DNA of 64,000 bases from an uncultured bacterium (GTDB lineage Bacteria; Zhuqueibacterota; QNDG01; DTFT01). Location: the NCBI GenBank assembly GCA_963736115.1, contig CAVTNR010000011.1, positions 24,792-88,791 on the forward strand, in the 5' to 3' direction. A program made the position numbers and the translations under genes. Shown here piece by piece: positions 27,696 through 38,011 of the stretch. Each line of letters starts with the position of its first letter. Position 1 is the first letter of the stretch. The notes under the pieces are model-generated. The model made no database searches, was not told the DNA's origin, and worked only from the letters and a program-made list of their open reading frames with translations.

Positions 27696-28935
27696 ACCGG
27701 ATCGCCTCCACGGGAACCAGGTCGGCCGCTTTTTTGGCAGGATAAATCGAGGCGACGAGGCAGATCAGGACGGAGGCCAGGCCGATGTACAGGAAGTCCG
27801 TCCCCTGCATCCGGACGGGCATGACGCTGATGAAGTATACGTCTCCCGGAAGCGAGATGAACTTATAGGTCTGCTGGGCCCAGCACAAGCCGTATCCGAT
27901 GGCCAGGCCGAGTGCGGTGCCGACGATTCCCACGCCCACGCCGAGGAACAGAAAAAGCCGCATCACGCCTCCGGAGGTCGCGCCGATGGATTTCAGAATG
28001 CCGATCTCCTTCGTTTTCTCCATGACGACCATGATGATGGTGCTGATGATGTTGAATGCCGCCACCATGATGATCAGCGACAGGATGATGAACATGGCCA
28101 TTTTTTCGAGCTGCATCCAGGAAAACAGGTTCTTCCGCATCTCGAACCAGGTCATCGGATAATAGGGGAATCCGAGGCGTTTCTCGATTGTGTCGACCAC
28201 GTCGTCCGCCTTGTACAGGTCGTCCAGCCTCAGTTCGATGCCCGAAACGCGTTCGCCCATTTTGAAAAGTTCCTGCGCGGCTCCGTTCGAGATGTAGACG
28301 TAGGTGTTGTCATATTCATACATGCCGGTCTCGAAATAACCCGTGACGATGAACTGCTTGACGGGCGGCATCTGAAGCATGGAGCGGATGCCCGACGGAC
28401 TGAACAGGGTAACCACATCGCCGGGTTCCGCGAGAAGCCGGTCGGCCAGATAGCGTCCGAGAACGATGCCGGGCAGTGTCCGGCCGTCGCCGCGCGGAAC
28501 GGGGCCCAGATCGAGCCGGCCGTACGCCATGTTCCGGGAGAGGTCGGAGACCTCGTCGAGGGTTCCCGGATCGGCGCCCCGGATGAGGCAGCCGTCGTTC
28601 CGGTCGCCGGCCTGGATCATCCCTTTTTCAAGGATGTAGGGGGAAAGGCCGATGACGTGCGGAATGCCCCGCATTTTCTCCATGACGGCGGCCGGGTCGG
28701 AGATGCCGTCGTCGTGATAGCTGCGGACCCGGATGTGGGTGTCGAAACCGATGATGCGTGAACGAACCTCGGATTCGAATCCGTTCATGACCGACAGGAC
28801 GATGATCAGTGCCGCCACGCCGATGGTGACTCCGAGGATCGAGATCCAGGCGATCAGGGTGATGAAGCCCGTTCGCCGCCGGGCGCTGAGGTACCGGCGG
28901 GCGACGAACCATTCATACGGGATCCAGTTCTTCAT
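27688..28935 (-). CDS. lipoprotein-releasing system permease (LolC/LolE, FtsX-like)
   Basis: MacB/FtsX topology: TM1, a large periplasmic domain, then three C-terminal TM segments (EIGILKSIGATSGGVMRLF). Confidence 0.8.
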   Translation of the reverse strand: MKNWIPYEWFVARRYLSARRRTGFITLIAWISILGVTIGVAALIIVLSVMNGFESEVRSRIIGFDTHIRVRSYHDDGISDPAAVMEKMRGIPHVIGLSPYILEKGMIQAGDRNDGCLIRGADPGTLDEVSDLSRNMAYGRLDLGPVPRGDGRTLPGIVLGRYLADRLLAEPGDVVTLFSPSGIRSMLQMPPVKQFIVTGYFETGMYEYDNTYVYISNGAAQELFKMGERVSGIELRLDDLYKADDVVDTIEKRLGFPYYPMTWFEMRKNLFSWMQLEKMAMFIILSLIIMVAAFNIISTIIMVVMEKTKEIGILKSIGATSGGVMRLFLFLGVGVGIVGTALGLAIGYGLCWAQQTYKFISLPGDVYFISVMPVRMQGTDFLYIGLASVLICLVASIYPAKKAADLVPVEAIRYE

Positions 28936-28960
28936 CGGTTTCCGTTCTCCGGCCGGCGTT

Positions 28961-30463
28961 TCACGCGGACTGTTCCGGCCGCATCGCCGGGAAGAGGATG
29001 ACGTCGCGGATGGACGGCGCGTCCGTCAGCAGCATGGTCAGGCGGTCGACGCCGATACCCAGTCCGGCCGTGGGCGGCATGCCGTATTCCAGAGCCCGCA
29101 GAAAATCCTCGTCCAGCAGCATGGCCTCTTCATCGCCAGCCGCGCGGAGTCCCGCCTGCTCCTGGAAACGCCGTCTCTGGTCGAGCGGATCATTCAGTTC
29201 GCTGAAGGCGTTGCAGAGCTCGCGGCCCGCGACGAACCCTTCAAACCGTTCGACCAGACCGGGCAAGGAACGGTGTTTCTTGGCAAGTGGCGAAAGCTCG
29301 ATCGGGTAATCCGTGATGAACGTCGGCTGGACCAGATGCGGCTGGACGGTCTGCGAGAAAATTTCATCCAGCCATTTCCCCCGGCCCGGACTGCCTTCGA
29401 TCTGGAGGCGCAGTTTTGAGGCGAACGTTTTCAGCCGGGGAATATCCATGCCGGAGCAGTCCTCCCCCGTGTGCCTTTGGATCGCCTCGAAAAACGGAAT
29501 CCGCTCCCAGGGCGGCGTGAAGCGGAGTTCGGTTCCCTGGTGGCTCACCGTTCCGGCGCCGAGGACGTTCAGGCAAACCGCATGGACCATGTCCTCGACC
29601 AGGGACTGCATGAAAACATAGTCGCGGTAGGCGACGTACAGTTCCATCATGGTGAATTCCGGGTTGTGGTCCCGGTCCATCCCCTCGTTGCGGAAATCCT
29701 TGGCGATTTCAAAAACACCTTCGAATCCGCCCACCAGGAGTCGCTTGAGATAGAGTTCATCGGCGATGCGGAGATACAGCGGCATATCCAGGGCATGGTG
29801 GTGGGTGGTGAAGGGGCGGGCAAAGGCGCCTCCGTACTGCGGTTGAAGCGCCGGCGTTTCCACCTCGAGGTAACCCAGGCCTTCCAGATACCGCCTCATT
29901 TCCGAAACAATCCGTGAACGCAGGATGAAGGTTCTGCGTACGTCCGGATTGACGACCAGGTCGGCATAACGCTGGCGATACCGGGTCTCTTTGTCGGCGA
30001 ACGCGTCATACACGGTTTTTTCGTCGCCTTCGATTTTTTCCTTGACGATGGGCAGCGGTCTCAGGGATTTGGTCAGAAGCGTCAGCTCCGCGGCCTGAAT
30101 CGTGGTCTCCCCTGTCCGGGTCCGGAAAACATCTCCTTTTACGCCGATAAAATCCCCCAGGTCGAGCAGGCGGAAGATTGCGTATCCAGCTTCGCCCAGC
30201 CGGTCCTGCGCGAAGTAAACCTGAATGCGGCCGGAGGCATCCGCGATGTGGGCGAAGCTCGCCTTTCCCATGCGGCGGAGCGACACCAGGCGGCCCGCCA
30301 CGGCCGTGGTCAAGGAGGCTTCGCCGCCCGACTCGAAGGCGCCGTGCACTTCGGCGGCCGAATGGGTGCGGTCGAAGGCATAGGTGTAGGGATCGATACC
30401 GAGAGATTCCAGTTTTTCAAGTTTTTCGATGCGCTGCCGGCGCAATTCTTCCAGAGGGTCCAA
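28961..30463 (-). CDS. lysS: lysyl-tRNA synthetase (class II)
   Basis: OB-fold N-domain, then class II motifs (FRNEGMDRDHNPEFTMMELY; GIGVDRLTMLLT). TTG start preceded by GGAGAA. Confidence 0.9.
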   Translation of the reverse strand: MDPLEELRRQRIEKLEKLESLGIDPYTYAFDRTHSAAEVHGAFESGGEASLTTAVAGRLVSLRRMGKASFAHIADASGRIQVYFAQDRLGEAGYAIFRLLDLGDFIGVKGDVFRTRTGETTIQAAELTLLTKSLRPLPIVKEKIEGDEKTVYDAFADKETRYRQRYADLVVNPDVRRTFILRSRIVSEMRRYLEGLGYLEVETPALQPQYGGAFARPFTTHHHALDMPLYLRIADELYLKRLLVGGFEGVFEIAKDFRNEGMDRDHNPEFTMMELYVAYRDYVFMQSLVEDMVHAVCLNVLGAGTVSHQGTELRFTPPWERIPFFEAIQRHTGEDCSGMDIPRLKTFASKLRLQIEGSPGRGKWLDEIFSQTVQPHLVQPTFITDYPIELSPLAKKHRSLPGLVERFEGFVAGRELCNAFSELNDPLDQRRRFQEQAGLRAAGDEEAMLLDEDFLRALEYGMPPTAGLGIGVDRLTMLLTDAPSIRDVILFPAMRPEQSA

Positions 30464-30474
30464 ACCGCTTTCTC

Positions 30475-31573
30475 CTATCGGTTGAATTCGAGCAAGTAAG
30501 CCTTGATGAAGGCGTCCAGGGCCCCGTCCATGACCGACTGCACATCGGATGTCTCGGTGTCGGTCCGGTGGTCCTTCACCATGTTATAGGGGTGAAAAAC
30601 GTAGGAGCGGATCTGATTGCCCCACGAAATGTCCTTTTTCTGCTTCTCCATCGCCTCGAACTTCCGGCCCTCCTCCTCCTTCCGGAGCTGGTAAATCCGG
30701 GCCGTCAGCATCTTCATCGCGTTTGCCTTGTTCTGGTGCTGGGACCGTTCGTTCTGGCACTGTGTCACGATGCCGGTCGGAAGGTGGGTGATCCGGACTG
30801 CTGAACTGGTCTTGTTGACGTGCTGGCCGCCCGCGCCTGAGGACCGGTAGGTGTCGATCCGGAGTTCCGAGGGATCGATGGTGACATTGATGGATTCTTC
30901 GATTTCCGGGTAGACGAAAACGGATGCGAAGGACGTGTGCCGGCGCTTGTTCGCGTCGAATGGAGAAATGCGCACGAGCCGGTGGACGCCGGCCTCGGCC
31001 TTCAGGTACCCATAGGCGTTCGTTCCCTTGATCTCGATGGAGGCGCTCTTCAGACCAGCCTCGTCCCCGTCCTGGTAGTCCATGACATCGACCTGGTAAT
31101 GATGACGCTCGGCGAAGCGTAGATACATCCGGAACAGCATTTCCGCCCAGTCCTGCGATTCGGTGCCGCCGGCGCCCGGATGGATGGTGAGGATGGCATT
31201 CCGGGCGTCATCCTCGCCGCCGAGCATGCGCCGCAGTTCCAGGTCGGCCAGCGCTTCGTCGAGACGGACCCGGCCCCGCTCCACCTCTGCGAGTGCCGAT
31301 GCATCGTTCTCTTCTGTCGCCAGACCGAGAAATCCCGAGAGGTCGTCGAACTGGGCGCGGATTGAATCCCACTGGCCGGTCCAGCTTTTCAGCTCGGTGA
31401 TCTGTCTCAGGATGCCCTGGGCTTTCTCGTTGTCGTTCCAGAAATCGGGCCGGGCGGTGAGTTGTTCCAGCTGAAGCGCCTTTTCTTTCCTGGACGCGAT
31501 GTCAAAGATGCCTCCAGAGATTCTGAATGCGTTCTTCGTCGGATGCGAGCAGGCGCTTGAGTTCTTCGGACAT
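30475..31573 (-). CDS. prfB: peptide chain release factor 2 (requires programmed +1 frameshift at about 31504)
   Basis: The short frame MSEELKRLLASDEERIQNLWRHL ends at an in-frame TGA. The +1 frame continues through SPF-region and GGQ sequence (SSGAGGQHVNKTSSAVRITH). Confidence 0.9.
31501..31518 (-). promoter_or_regulatory. prfB +1 recoding site (internal SD plus CTT TGA C)
   Basis: The minus strand reads TCTGGAGGCATCTTTGAC, which is GGAGG, a 3-nt spacer, then the classical CUU UGA C slippery stop. Confidence 0.85.
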
Positions 31574-31578
31574 GCGGT

Positions 31579-32853
31579 TCAGTTCCTCTCGGTTTTCAGG
31601 AGTGCCGGTCCGGGTACCGTGATGACGCCCTGCAGGGCGGATTCGGCCACCGTGGCCGGACTGGCCAGGTACACTTCGGACGAGGGCGAACCCATCCGTC
31701 CCTTGAAATTCCGGTTGGTAGTGGAAATGCAGACTTCCCCGTCGGCCAGGATGCCCTGATGTGCGCCCAGACACGGACCACAGCCGGGGTTGCAGACCGT
31801 GACGCCCGCGGCGAGAAGGGTTTCCAGTACTCCCCCGGACGCCATTTCCCGGAGGATAGTCCGGGACGCGGGAATGGCGATACAGCGCACGTCCGGATGA
31901 ATCCGCTTCCCCGCCATCCGTTCGGCCGCGATCCGGAAGTCGTCCAGCCTTCCGTTCGTGCAGGATCCCAGAAAAGCCTGGTGAATGCGGCGTCCGGCCA
32001 TTTCGGCCACGGGCTTCACGTTGTCCACCTGATGGGGACAGGCGATTTGAGGAACGAGTTCCTCCGCCTGGACTGAAAAGCTTGCCTGGACATCCGCATC
32101 CGGATCCGCTGACGGCGCATCCGGATCCGTGCCGGCCGCGGATTCGAGAAAAGCGGCAGTCGTCCGGTCACAGGGGACAAACGCGCATTTTGCGCCCATT
32201 TCCATGGATAGGTTACAAAGCGTGAAGCGTTCGGAAACACTCATCGCGTCGACCGTTCCGCCGCTGAATTCCACGCTGCGGTAATCGGCCCCGGCGCTCC
32301 CGAGCCGGCCGATCAGCGAAAGAATCAGGTCCTTCGCGTAAACGTCGCCGGGGAGACGCCCCTCGATGCGGATTCGAATGGTTTCCGGGACCCGGAGCCA
32401 TGTCTTCCCGGTCGCCCAGACCGCGGCCATTTCGGTGGCGCCGATGCCAGTGGACAGGGCGCAAACGCAGCCGTAGGAAGTGGTGTGGGAATCTGTGCCC
32501 AGAATCAGCTGTCCGGGCAGGGCGTGTCCTTTTTCAAGCATTATCTGATGACAGATCCCCTCACCGATGTCATAAAAACGGCTGATCCCCTGTTGTCTCA
32601 CAAATTCCCGGATAGCCTTGTGACCGTTGGCGGTCTTCAGTGATTCCGCGGGAGTCCGGTGATCCAGCGGGATGACGATTTTGTCGGGATTCCATACGGA
32701 GGAAACGCCGATTTCCTCGAATTGCCGGATCACCAGGGCCGCATTGTCGTGGGACATGACCATGTCGGGTTCAACGACTACGATTTCGCCTATTTTTACC
32801 GATTCTTTTCCGGCTTTTTTCGCAAGTATTTTCTGAACAAGAGTTTGGCTCAT
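31579..32853 (-). CDS. leuC: aconitase-family dehydratase large subunit (3-isopropylmalate / homoaconitate dehydratase, LeuC/HacA type)
   Basis: GTDSHTTSYG, GSCTNGRLDD and NPGCGPCLG cluster-ligand motifs, 424 aa. No small-subunit gene is adjacent. Confidence 0.75.
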   Translation of the reverse strand: MSQTLVQKILAKKAGKESVKIGEIVVVEPDMVMSHDNAALVIRQFEEIGVSSVWNPDKIVIPLDHRTPAESLKTANGHKAIREFVRQQGISRFYDIGEGICHQIMLEKGHALPGQLILGTDSHTTSYGCVCALSTGIGATEMAAVWATGKTWLRVPETIRIRIEGRLPGDVYAKDLILSLIGRLGSAGADYRSVEFSGGTVDAMSVSERFTLCNLSMEMGAKCAFVPCDRTTAAFLESAAGTDPDAPSADPDADVQASFSVQAEELVPQIACPHQVDNVKPVAEMAGRRIHQAFLGSCTNGRLDDFRIAAERMAGKRIHPDVRCIAIPASRTILREMASGGVLETLLAAGVTVCNPGCGPCLGAHQGILADGEVCISTTNRNFKGRMGSPSSEVYLASPATVAESALQGVITVPGPALLKTERN

Positions 32854-32940
32854 ATTGGTTCCGGGTTGTATCCGCGGTTCAAAAAATAAATTTACCGAAA
32901 AAGTACATTAAAGTCAAGGCAATAACCAATTGAAAATCAA

Positions 32941-32984
32941 AAAAATAAAAGACCGTCCCGGTATTGCCGGAAACGGCCTTTTTT
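32941..32984 (-). terminator. terminator-like hairpin after dapD (possibly bidirectional)
   Basis: Imperfect hairpin GACCGTCCCGG-TATTG-CCGGAAACGGCC at 32951-32978, flanked by an A-run on one side and a T-run on the other. It lies 25 nt past the dapD stop. Confidence 0.4.
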
Positions 32985-33002
32985 CCATCGTTTGACTGCG
33001 GA

Positions 33003-33836
33003 TCAGCGCAAAAGATCCTCGAGTTGAACCGACCGGTCTGTTTTTTCGTCCCTGTATTTGATCAGAATGGGTGTGCATACGGACAACCCCCTCTCACGCC
33101 CCGGGCCGGACAGGATGGGCCTTGTTCCGGGAATGACCACGGCGTTCGGAGGAATGATCAGCGGCCCGTCCCCAAACCGGGACAGAATACGGTCATGAAC
33201 CAGATCGTATACAGGCGTGGATCCGGTGATCACGGTTCCGGCTCCGATCACCGCTCCGGTTCCGACCACGGTCCCTTCATAGACGCCGCAGTTCCCGCCG
33301 ATGAGCACATCGTCCTCGATGACCACGGGAAGGGACCCGACAGGTTCCAGCACGCCGCCGATCTGGGATCCGGCGCTGATATGCACGCGCTTGCCGACCT
33401 GCGCGCATGAACCCACGAGCGCATGCGAGTCGATCATGGTGCCGTCATCGACATAAGCGCCGACGTTCACGTACATCGGCGGCATGCAGGTCACGTTCCG
33501 CCCGATGTACGCGCCGTCCCGGATGGCCGAGCCGCCCGGAACGATGCGTACACCGTCGCGGATGCCGATTGACTTCGGGGGAAACGTATCCTTGTCATAA
33601 AAGACAAAACGGCCGTTCACGGAATAATCCGTCAAAACGCCGATCCGGAAGCCGAGAAGAATGCCTTTCTTCACCCATGAGTTCACCGTCCACCCGCCCT
33701 CGGCTTTTTCCGCTGCGCGCACCCGGCCCGCGTTCAATTCCTCCATGAAGGTCCGGAACAGATCACGGTCCTCTGCCGCCGGCGTTCCCGACTCCGTGCG
33801 TCCATACGCCGCTTCGATCCGTTCCCTCAGATTCAC
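33003..33836 (-). CDS. dapD: 2,3,4,5-tetrahydropyridine-2,6-dicarboxylate N-succinyltransferase
   Basis: The N-domain (ELNAGRVRAAEK..GGWTVNSWVKKGILLGFR) is followed by hexapeptide left-handed beta-helix repeats. GTG start overlaps the dapA stop. Confidence 0.85.
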   Translation of the reverse strand: MNLRERIEAAYGRTESGTPAAEDRDLFRTFMEELNAGRVRAAEKAEGGWTVNSWVKKGILLGFRIGVLTDYSVNGRFVFYDKDTFPPKSIGIRDGVRIVPGGSAIRDGAYIGRNVTCMPPMYVNVGAYVDDGTMIDSHALVGSCAQVGKRVHISAGSQIGGVLEPVGSLPVVIEDDVLIGGNCGVYEGTVVGTGAVIGAGTVITGSTPVYDLVHDRILSRFGDGPLIIPPNAVVIPGTRPILSGPGRERGLSVCTPILIKYRDEKTDRSVQLEDLLR

Positions 33837-34771
33837 GCGGATTCCTTTCCGCCCGTCGGGGCCAGTCCGAGATCCGAGAGAACCGCAAAGATCCGGGCCC
33901 GACTCTCGGGGTTGACCGGCACCAGCGGAAGACGCAGCACTTCCAGAATCCGGCCCATGCGGGCGAGCGCGGCCTTGACCGGCGCCGGGCTGGTTTCGAT
34001 GAAATTGACGCGCATGAGCGGGAAAATCCTTTTCTGGATTATCATCGCGCGGTCGAATGCGCCTTCCAGGCCGGCCCTGACCAGCGCGGACGTTTCCGCC
34101 GGCACTTCATTCGACACCACTGAAATCAGCCCGGCGCCCCCGAGGGACAGGATCGGAACCGTATTGCCGTCGTCCCCGGACAGCAGGATAAAGGATTCCG
34201 GCATTTTCACGGCCAGTTCCGAGATCTGGTCGATGTTACCGGAGGCTTCCTTGATGCCGACGATGTTGGGAACGGCCGCGAGCCGCACCGCGGTGTCCGG
34301 GAGCAAATTCACACCCGTCCGGGAGGGGACGTTGTAAAGGAAAACAGGCGCATTCACGGACGCGGCCACTGTCTCGTAATGACGGAAAAGCCCCTCCTGC
34401 GTCGGTCTGTTGTAATACGGCGTGACGGACAGCACGGCGTCCGCGCCGGCCTCTTCAATGACGGCACGGGCCATCTCGGCGACGCGGAGCGTGTTGTTGC
34501 CCCCGGCTCCGGCCATCACCGGCACGCGTCCGGCCGCGGTTTCCGCCGTGATCCGGACGACGGCCAGATGTTCCTCGCGGCTCAGAACGGCGCTTTCGCC
34601 CGTACTGCCGCAGGGAACCAGAAAATCGATGCCCTCCGCGATCTGCCATTCCACGAGGCGCCGGAGGGCGTCCTCGTCGAGCGATCCGTCGTTCCGGAAC
34701 GGCGTGACGAGCGCGGTGCCGCATCCCCTGAATCTGACAGCGAGCGTATTCAAATCGGTTTGTCCGGTCAT
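33833..34771 (-). CDS. dapA: 4-hydroxy-tetrahydrodipicolinate synthase
   Basis: GTALVTPF...VPCGSTGES...YNVPSRTG...IVGIKEASG motifs. ATG 34771 overlaps the dapB stop, and the ORF extension to 34843 overlaps dapB. Confidence 0.85.
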   Translation of the reverse strand: MTGQTDLNTLAVRFRGCGTALVTPFRNDGSLDEDALRRLVEWQIAEGIDFLVPCGSTGESAVLSREEHLAVVRITAETAAGRVPVMAGAGGNNTLRVAEMARAVIEEAGADAVLSVTPYYNRPTQEGLFRHYETVAASVNAPVFLYNVPSRTGVNLLPDTAVRLAAVPNIVGIKEASGNIDQISELAVKMPESFILLSGDDGNTVPILSLGGAGLISVVSNEVPAETSALVRAGLEGAFDRAMIIQKRIFPLMRVNFIETSPAPVKAALARMGRILEVLRLPLVPVNPESRARIFAVLSDLGLAPTGGKESA

Positions 34772-35478
34772 GTCTTCCTCTCTGAAAGCATCTGCTCCAG
34801 TACTTCGCTGAAATGATAGAATCCGGTCCGGCCCCTGATCCATTCCGCCGCCATGAGCGCGCCCGCGGCCAGGCCTTCCCTTCCACGGGCGGTATGCACC
34901 AGCGTCACCGTGTCAACGGCCGAGTCGAAGCTCACGGCATGCCGGCCCGGAATGTATCCCGCTCGCACGCTGGAGACAGGCACAATTCGGTTCCGGTAGG
35001 AACAGGCCATGAGACCGCGCAATTCCAGCGCGGTCCCGGACGGGGCGTCCTTCTTGAATTGATGGTGCGCCTCCTCGATGAAGGGGTCGTACTGGCTGAA
35101 GGCGGAAAACAGTTCGCCGGCGCGTTCAACGACGCGGTAAAAAAGGTTGACGCCCAGGGAGAAATTGGCCGCATGAACGAACCCGATCCCGGACTTCCGG
35201 ACCTCCTCCTCCGCTTCCTTGAGAAAACCGGCCCATCCGGTCGTTCCCTCCACCATCGGAAGACCCAGGTCCGACGCGGCCTTGATATTGCCGAGTACAG
35301 CTTCGGCGGACGAGAAATCGATCAGGACATCGGCGCCCGACAGTTCCTCGCGGCATTCCGCATCCGGCTTGAGCGGACGGGCGTCCCAGAACCGGGCAAT
35401 GACGCCGTGTCCATGCTCGACGGCGAGCTGTTCCAGTGTTCCGCCCATCCGTCCCGTTCCGATGATTCCGATTCTCAT
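34768..35478 (-). CDS. dapB: 4-hydroxy-tetrahydrodipicolinate reductase
   Basis: MRIGIIGTGRMGG Rossmann start, and EAHHQFKKDAPSGTA catalytic motif. ATG 35478 overlaps the lysC stop. Confidence 0.85.
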   Translation of the reverse strand: MRIGIIGTGRMGGTLEQLAVEHGHGVIARFWDARPLKPDAECREELSGADVLIDFSSAEAVLGNIKAASDLGLPMVEGTTGWAGFLKEAEEEVRKSGIGFVHAANFSLGVNLFYRVVERAGELFSAFSQYDPFIEEAHHQFKKDAPSGTALELRGLMACSYRNRIVPVSSVRAGYIPGRHAVSFDSAVDTVTLVHTARGREGLAAGALMAAEWIRGRTGFYHFSEVLEQMLSERKT

Positions 35479-36869
35479 GCGCGGCCTCCGTCGGGGGTGT
35501 TCTCGAACAATACGGGATCGGGATCGGAGAAAAAATAGCGGTGCAGGCGTTTCACCCGGTCCTCGACTGCGTCGGATCGGACGATCAGAACGCATGAGAC
35601 CGGCGATATGCCGGAGAAGAAGCCTTCGTCGGCCGGGTCCAGCGCGCCTCCGATCCACTCGCTCAGGGCTCCCCGGTCCGCATCCAGGCCGGCGCCGACC
35701 AGGGACACAGTGGCCCGTTGTGTCCGGATGACCGGACGGCCGAGACGGTTCAGGGATTCAAGAAACGAATCCGCGCCCGGTCCCGGCGTAAACGTCAGAG
35801 ACAGGTCGTAGCCGGACGCGGCCGCGAGCCCCAGTTCGATGTCGGCTTTTTCCGCTTCGAGAACCGCCCGGGCCAGGAGGTTCCAGCCCGGAGATTCGCC
35901 TGAGGACAGACGGACCCAGGTCACCGGCGTCCGGAAGGAGATGGATTTGATCCGGTTCCGGCCGGCCGTTTCTTCGGCCGAAACGATTGTGCCCGCGGCG
36001 CCGGGCCGGCCGGTGTGCGCGATACGGATCGGAATGCCGCATCGGACCGCGGGATTGACGGCTTTCGGATGAAGGACACGGGCGCCCCAGAAAGTGAGAT
36101 CGGCCGCCTCCCGGTACGAGACGGATTTGACGGTCAGGACCGCCGGTACGCGTTCCGGATCCGCGGTCATGATGCCCGGAACATCCTTCCATATCTGTAT
36201 TTCGGAAACGCCGGCCGCCGCGCCGGTCAGGGCAGCGGTGTAGTCGGATCCCTCGAATCCGAGCGTCGTGGTGAGTCCGCGCCGTGTGGATCCGATATAT
36301 CCCTGAAGAACGGGGATGCGTCCCATTTCGACGGACCGGAGCACAGCTTCGCGTATGCGGCCGGACGATTCCTCTTCCAGGCACCGCGCACGGGTGAAAC
36401 GGTCGTCCGTCAGAACCAGCTGCCGTGAGTCGAGCCGATCGGCATCGATGCCGATTCTCTGCAGCGCCCCGCACATCAGAATGGATGAAAGCAATTCCCC
36501 GTAGGACAGAACCTTGTCCTGGGACTGCGGAGACAATTCCCCAAGAACCGCGATTCCCCCGAGCAGACGCTCCAGTTCCTCGAAGCAGTCCTGGAACCGG
36601 GCGGCATCCTGCGATGCGGGCCAGTCCGGCATGAGCTCCCGGGCGGTGATTTCATGACTCCGCCGGATTTCCGCGAGCACGTCCATGGCCGGGCCGCGTT
36701 TTCCGGAAGCCGATGCTTCGGCCGCGTCCAGGAGCCGCCGCGTTGTTTTTCCCATGGCTGAAACCACCAGCAGTGGCCGGAGTTTCAGCCGATCCGATAC
36801 GATGCGGAGGACGTTCCGAAGGGCGGCCGCGTCTTTCAGCGTGGCGCCGCCGAATTTCATGACAATCAC
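35475..36869 (-). CDS. lysC: aspartate kinase
   Basis: (V)IVMKFGGATL kinase start, then a long C-terminal ACT-like region. GTG 36869 overlaps the upstream stop; ATG 36860 is an alternative. Confidence 0.8.
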   Translation of the reverse strand: MIVMKFGGATLKDAAALRNVLRIVSDRLKLRPLLVVSAMGKTTRRLLDAAEASASGKRGPAMDVLAEIRRSHEITARELMPDWPASQDAARFQDCFEELERLLGGIAVLGELSPQSQDKVLSYGELLSSILMCGALQRIGIDADRLDSRQLVLTDDRFTRARCLEEESSGRIREAVLRSVEMGRIPVLQGYIGSTRRGLTTTLGFEGSDYTAALTGAAAGVSEIQIWKDVPGIMTADPERVPAVLTVKSVSYREAADLTFWGARVLHPKAVNPAVRCGIPIRIAHTGRPGAAGTIVSAEETAGRNRIKSISFRTPVTWVRLSSGESPGWNLLARAVLEAEKADIELGLAAASGYDLSLTFTPGPGADSFLESLNRLGRPVIRTQRATVSLVGAGLDADRGALSEWIGGALDPADEGFFSGISPVSCVLIVRSDAVEDRVKRLHRYFFSDPDPVLFENTPDGGRA

Positions 36870-37873
36870 GGCCGGACTTCTCCGGATTCCCTCAGGCGTC
36901 GGACCAGCCGCGTGTAGAGGGAAACAGATTTGACCAGTTCGGTTTTGGTGACGGATTCGTCCGGCGTGTGGGCGTCCAGAATCGATCCCGGGCCCATGAG
37001 GAGAGGACGGCCCCAGCGGTTCAGAAGCGGAATATCGGTTGTGAAGGAAACAACCGTGGTTTCGAAACCCTCCATTGCTTCTAGAAAAACGGGTTCACAG
37101 GAGAACAGGGTTTCCATGCCGATATCGTGTCCCAGGGCCAGACGGACGCGCGTTTCTGTTTCGGAAGCGGGGCCGACGCAACGCATCATCACTTCAGCCT
37201 CCGCGCGATCCGGGACGATATTCGCCGCCGTACCTCCGGCCAGAGTGCCGATGTTCAGGGATTCCGGACCGAGAACGTCATGGGTGCGGAGCGGCATTGT
37301 CCGGAGGCGGCTCAGTCCGTTCAGAAGTTTTTCAATCGCGGATTCGCCCCGCTCCGGGTAAGCCGAATGGGCCGGCCTTCCGGCCGCAGAAAGACGGAAC
37401 CGGAGCGCGCCCTTGGAACCGAGGGCCAGCCGGTTTTCCGTCGGTTCACCATTGATCAGGAAGCGGCACCGGTTCGGCAGCGCATTGGCGGCCCGGGCGC
37501 CGTCGCTTCCCTTCTCCTCCCCTGATACGAAAAGCAGACCCGCGTCACGCACGCCTTCACGGGTCAGGGTCAGGACGGCCTGTATCATCGCCGCCATCGC
37601 GCCCTTGGCGTCGCATGCGCCCCGGCCGTAGATCCGGTGATCATCCTCAGAGGGGCCGATGAAGGGCGGAACCGTATCGAGATGTGTGGACAGAACCACC
37701 GAGGGCTCTTCAAGAATTGCGATCAGGTTCGAACGGCCGCCGCCGATCGGCTGGAGGGTCACAGCCAGACCCGCGGCTTCGAGAAATTCCTTCAGAAAAC
37801 GGACGATGGCGGTTTCATTGCCGGTCACGGAATCAATGGCGATCAGGCGCCGTGTCAACTCGGGTAAATCCAT
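36866..37873 (-). CDS. M20-family metallopeptidase (ArgE/DapE-like; plausible succinyl-diaminopimelate desuccinylase)
   Basis: MDLPELTRRLIAIDSVTGNE...STHLDTVPP...GRGACDAKG...SGEEKGS metal-ligand pattern, in the lysine-operon context. Confidence 0.7.
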   Translation of the reverse strand: MDLPELTRRLIAIDSVTGNETAIVRFLKEFLEAAGLAVTLQPIGGGRSNLIAILEEPSVVLSTHLDTVPPFIGPSEDDHRIYGRGACDAKGAMAAMIQAVLTLTREGVRDAGLLFVSGEEKGSDGARAANALPNRCRFLINGEPTENRLALGSKGALRFRLSAAGRPAHSAYPERGESAIEKLLNGLSRLRTMPLRTHDVLGPESLNIGTLAGGTAANIVPDRAEAEVMMRCVGPASETETRVRLALGHDIGMETLFSCEPVFLEAMEGFETTVVSFTTDIPLLNRWGRPLLMGPGSILDAHTPDESVTKTELVKSVSLYTRLVRRLRESGEVRP

Positions 37874-38011
37874 GTTTCTCCGTTCGATCCGGCACCGCCG
37901 GACCTGGTTAAAGTACATAAAACCCGATGAAAAGTCAAGGCGCGCTTCAGCCGTTTACGGGCATAAAAATCAATTGCTTTTTTGCCATTTTTTCATCATT
38001 TTGAATCGGTC

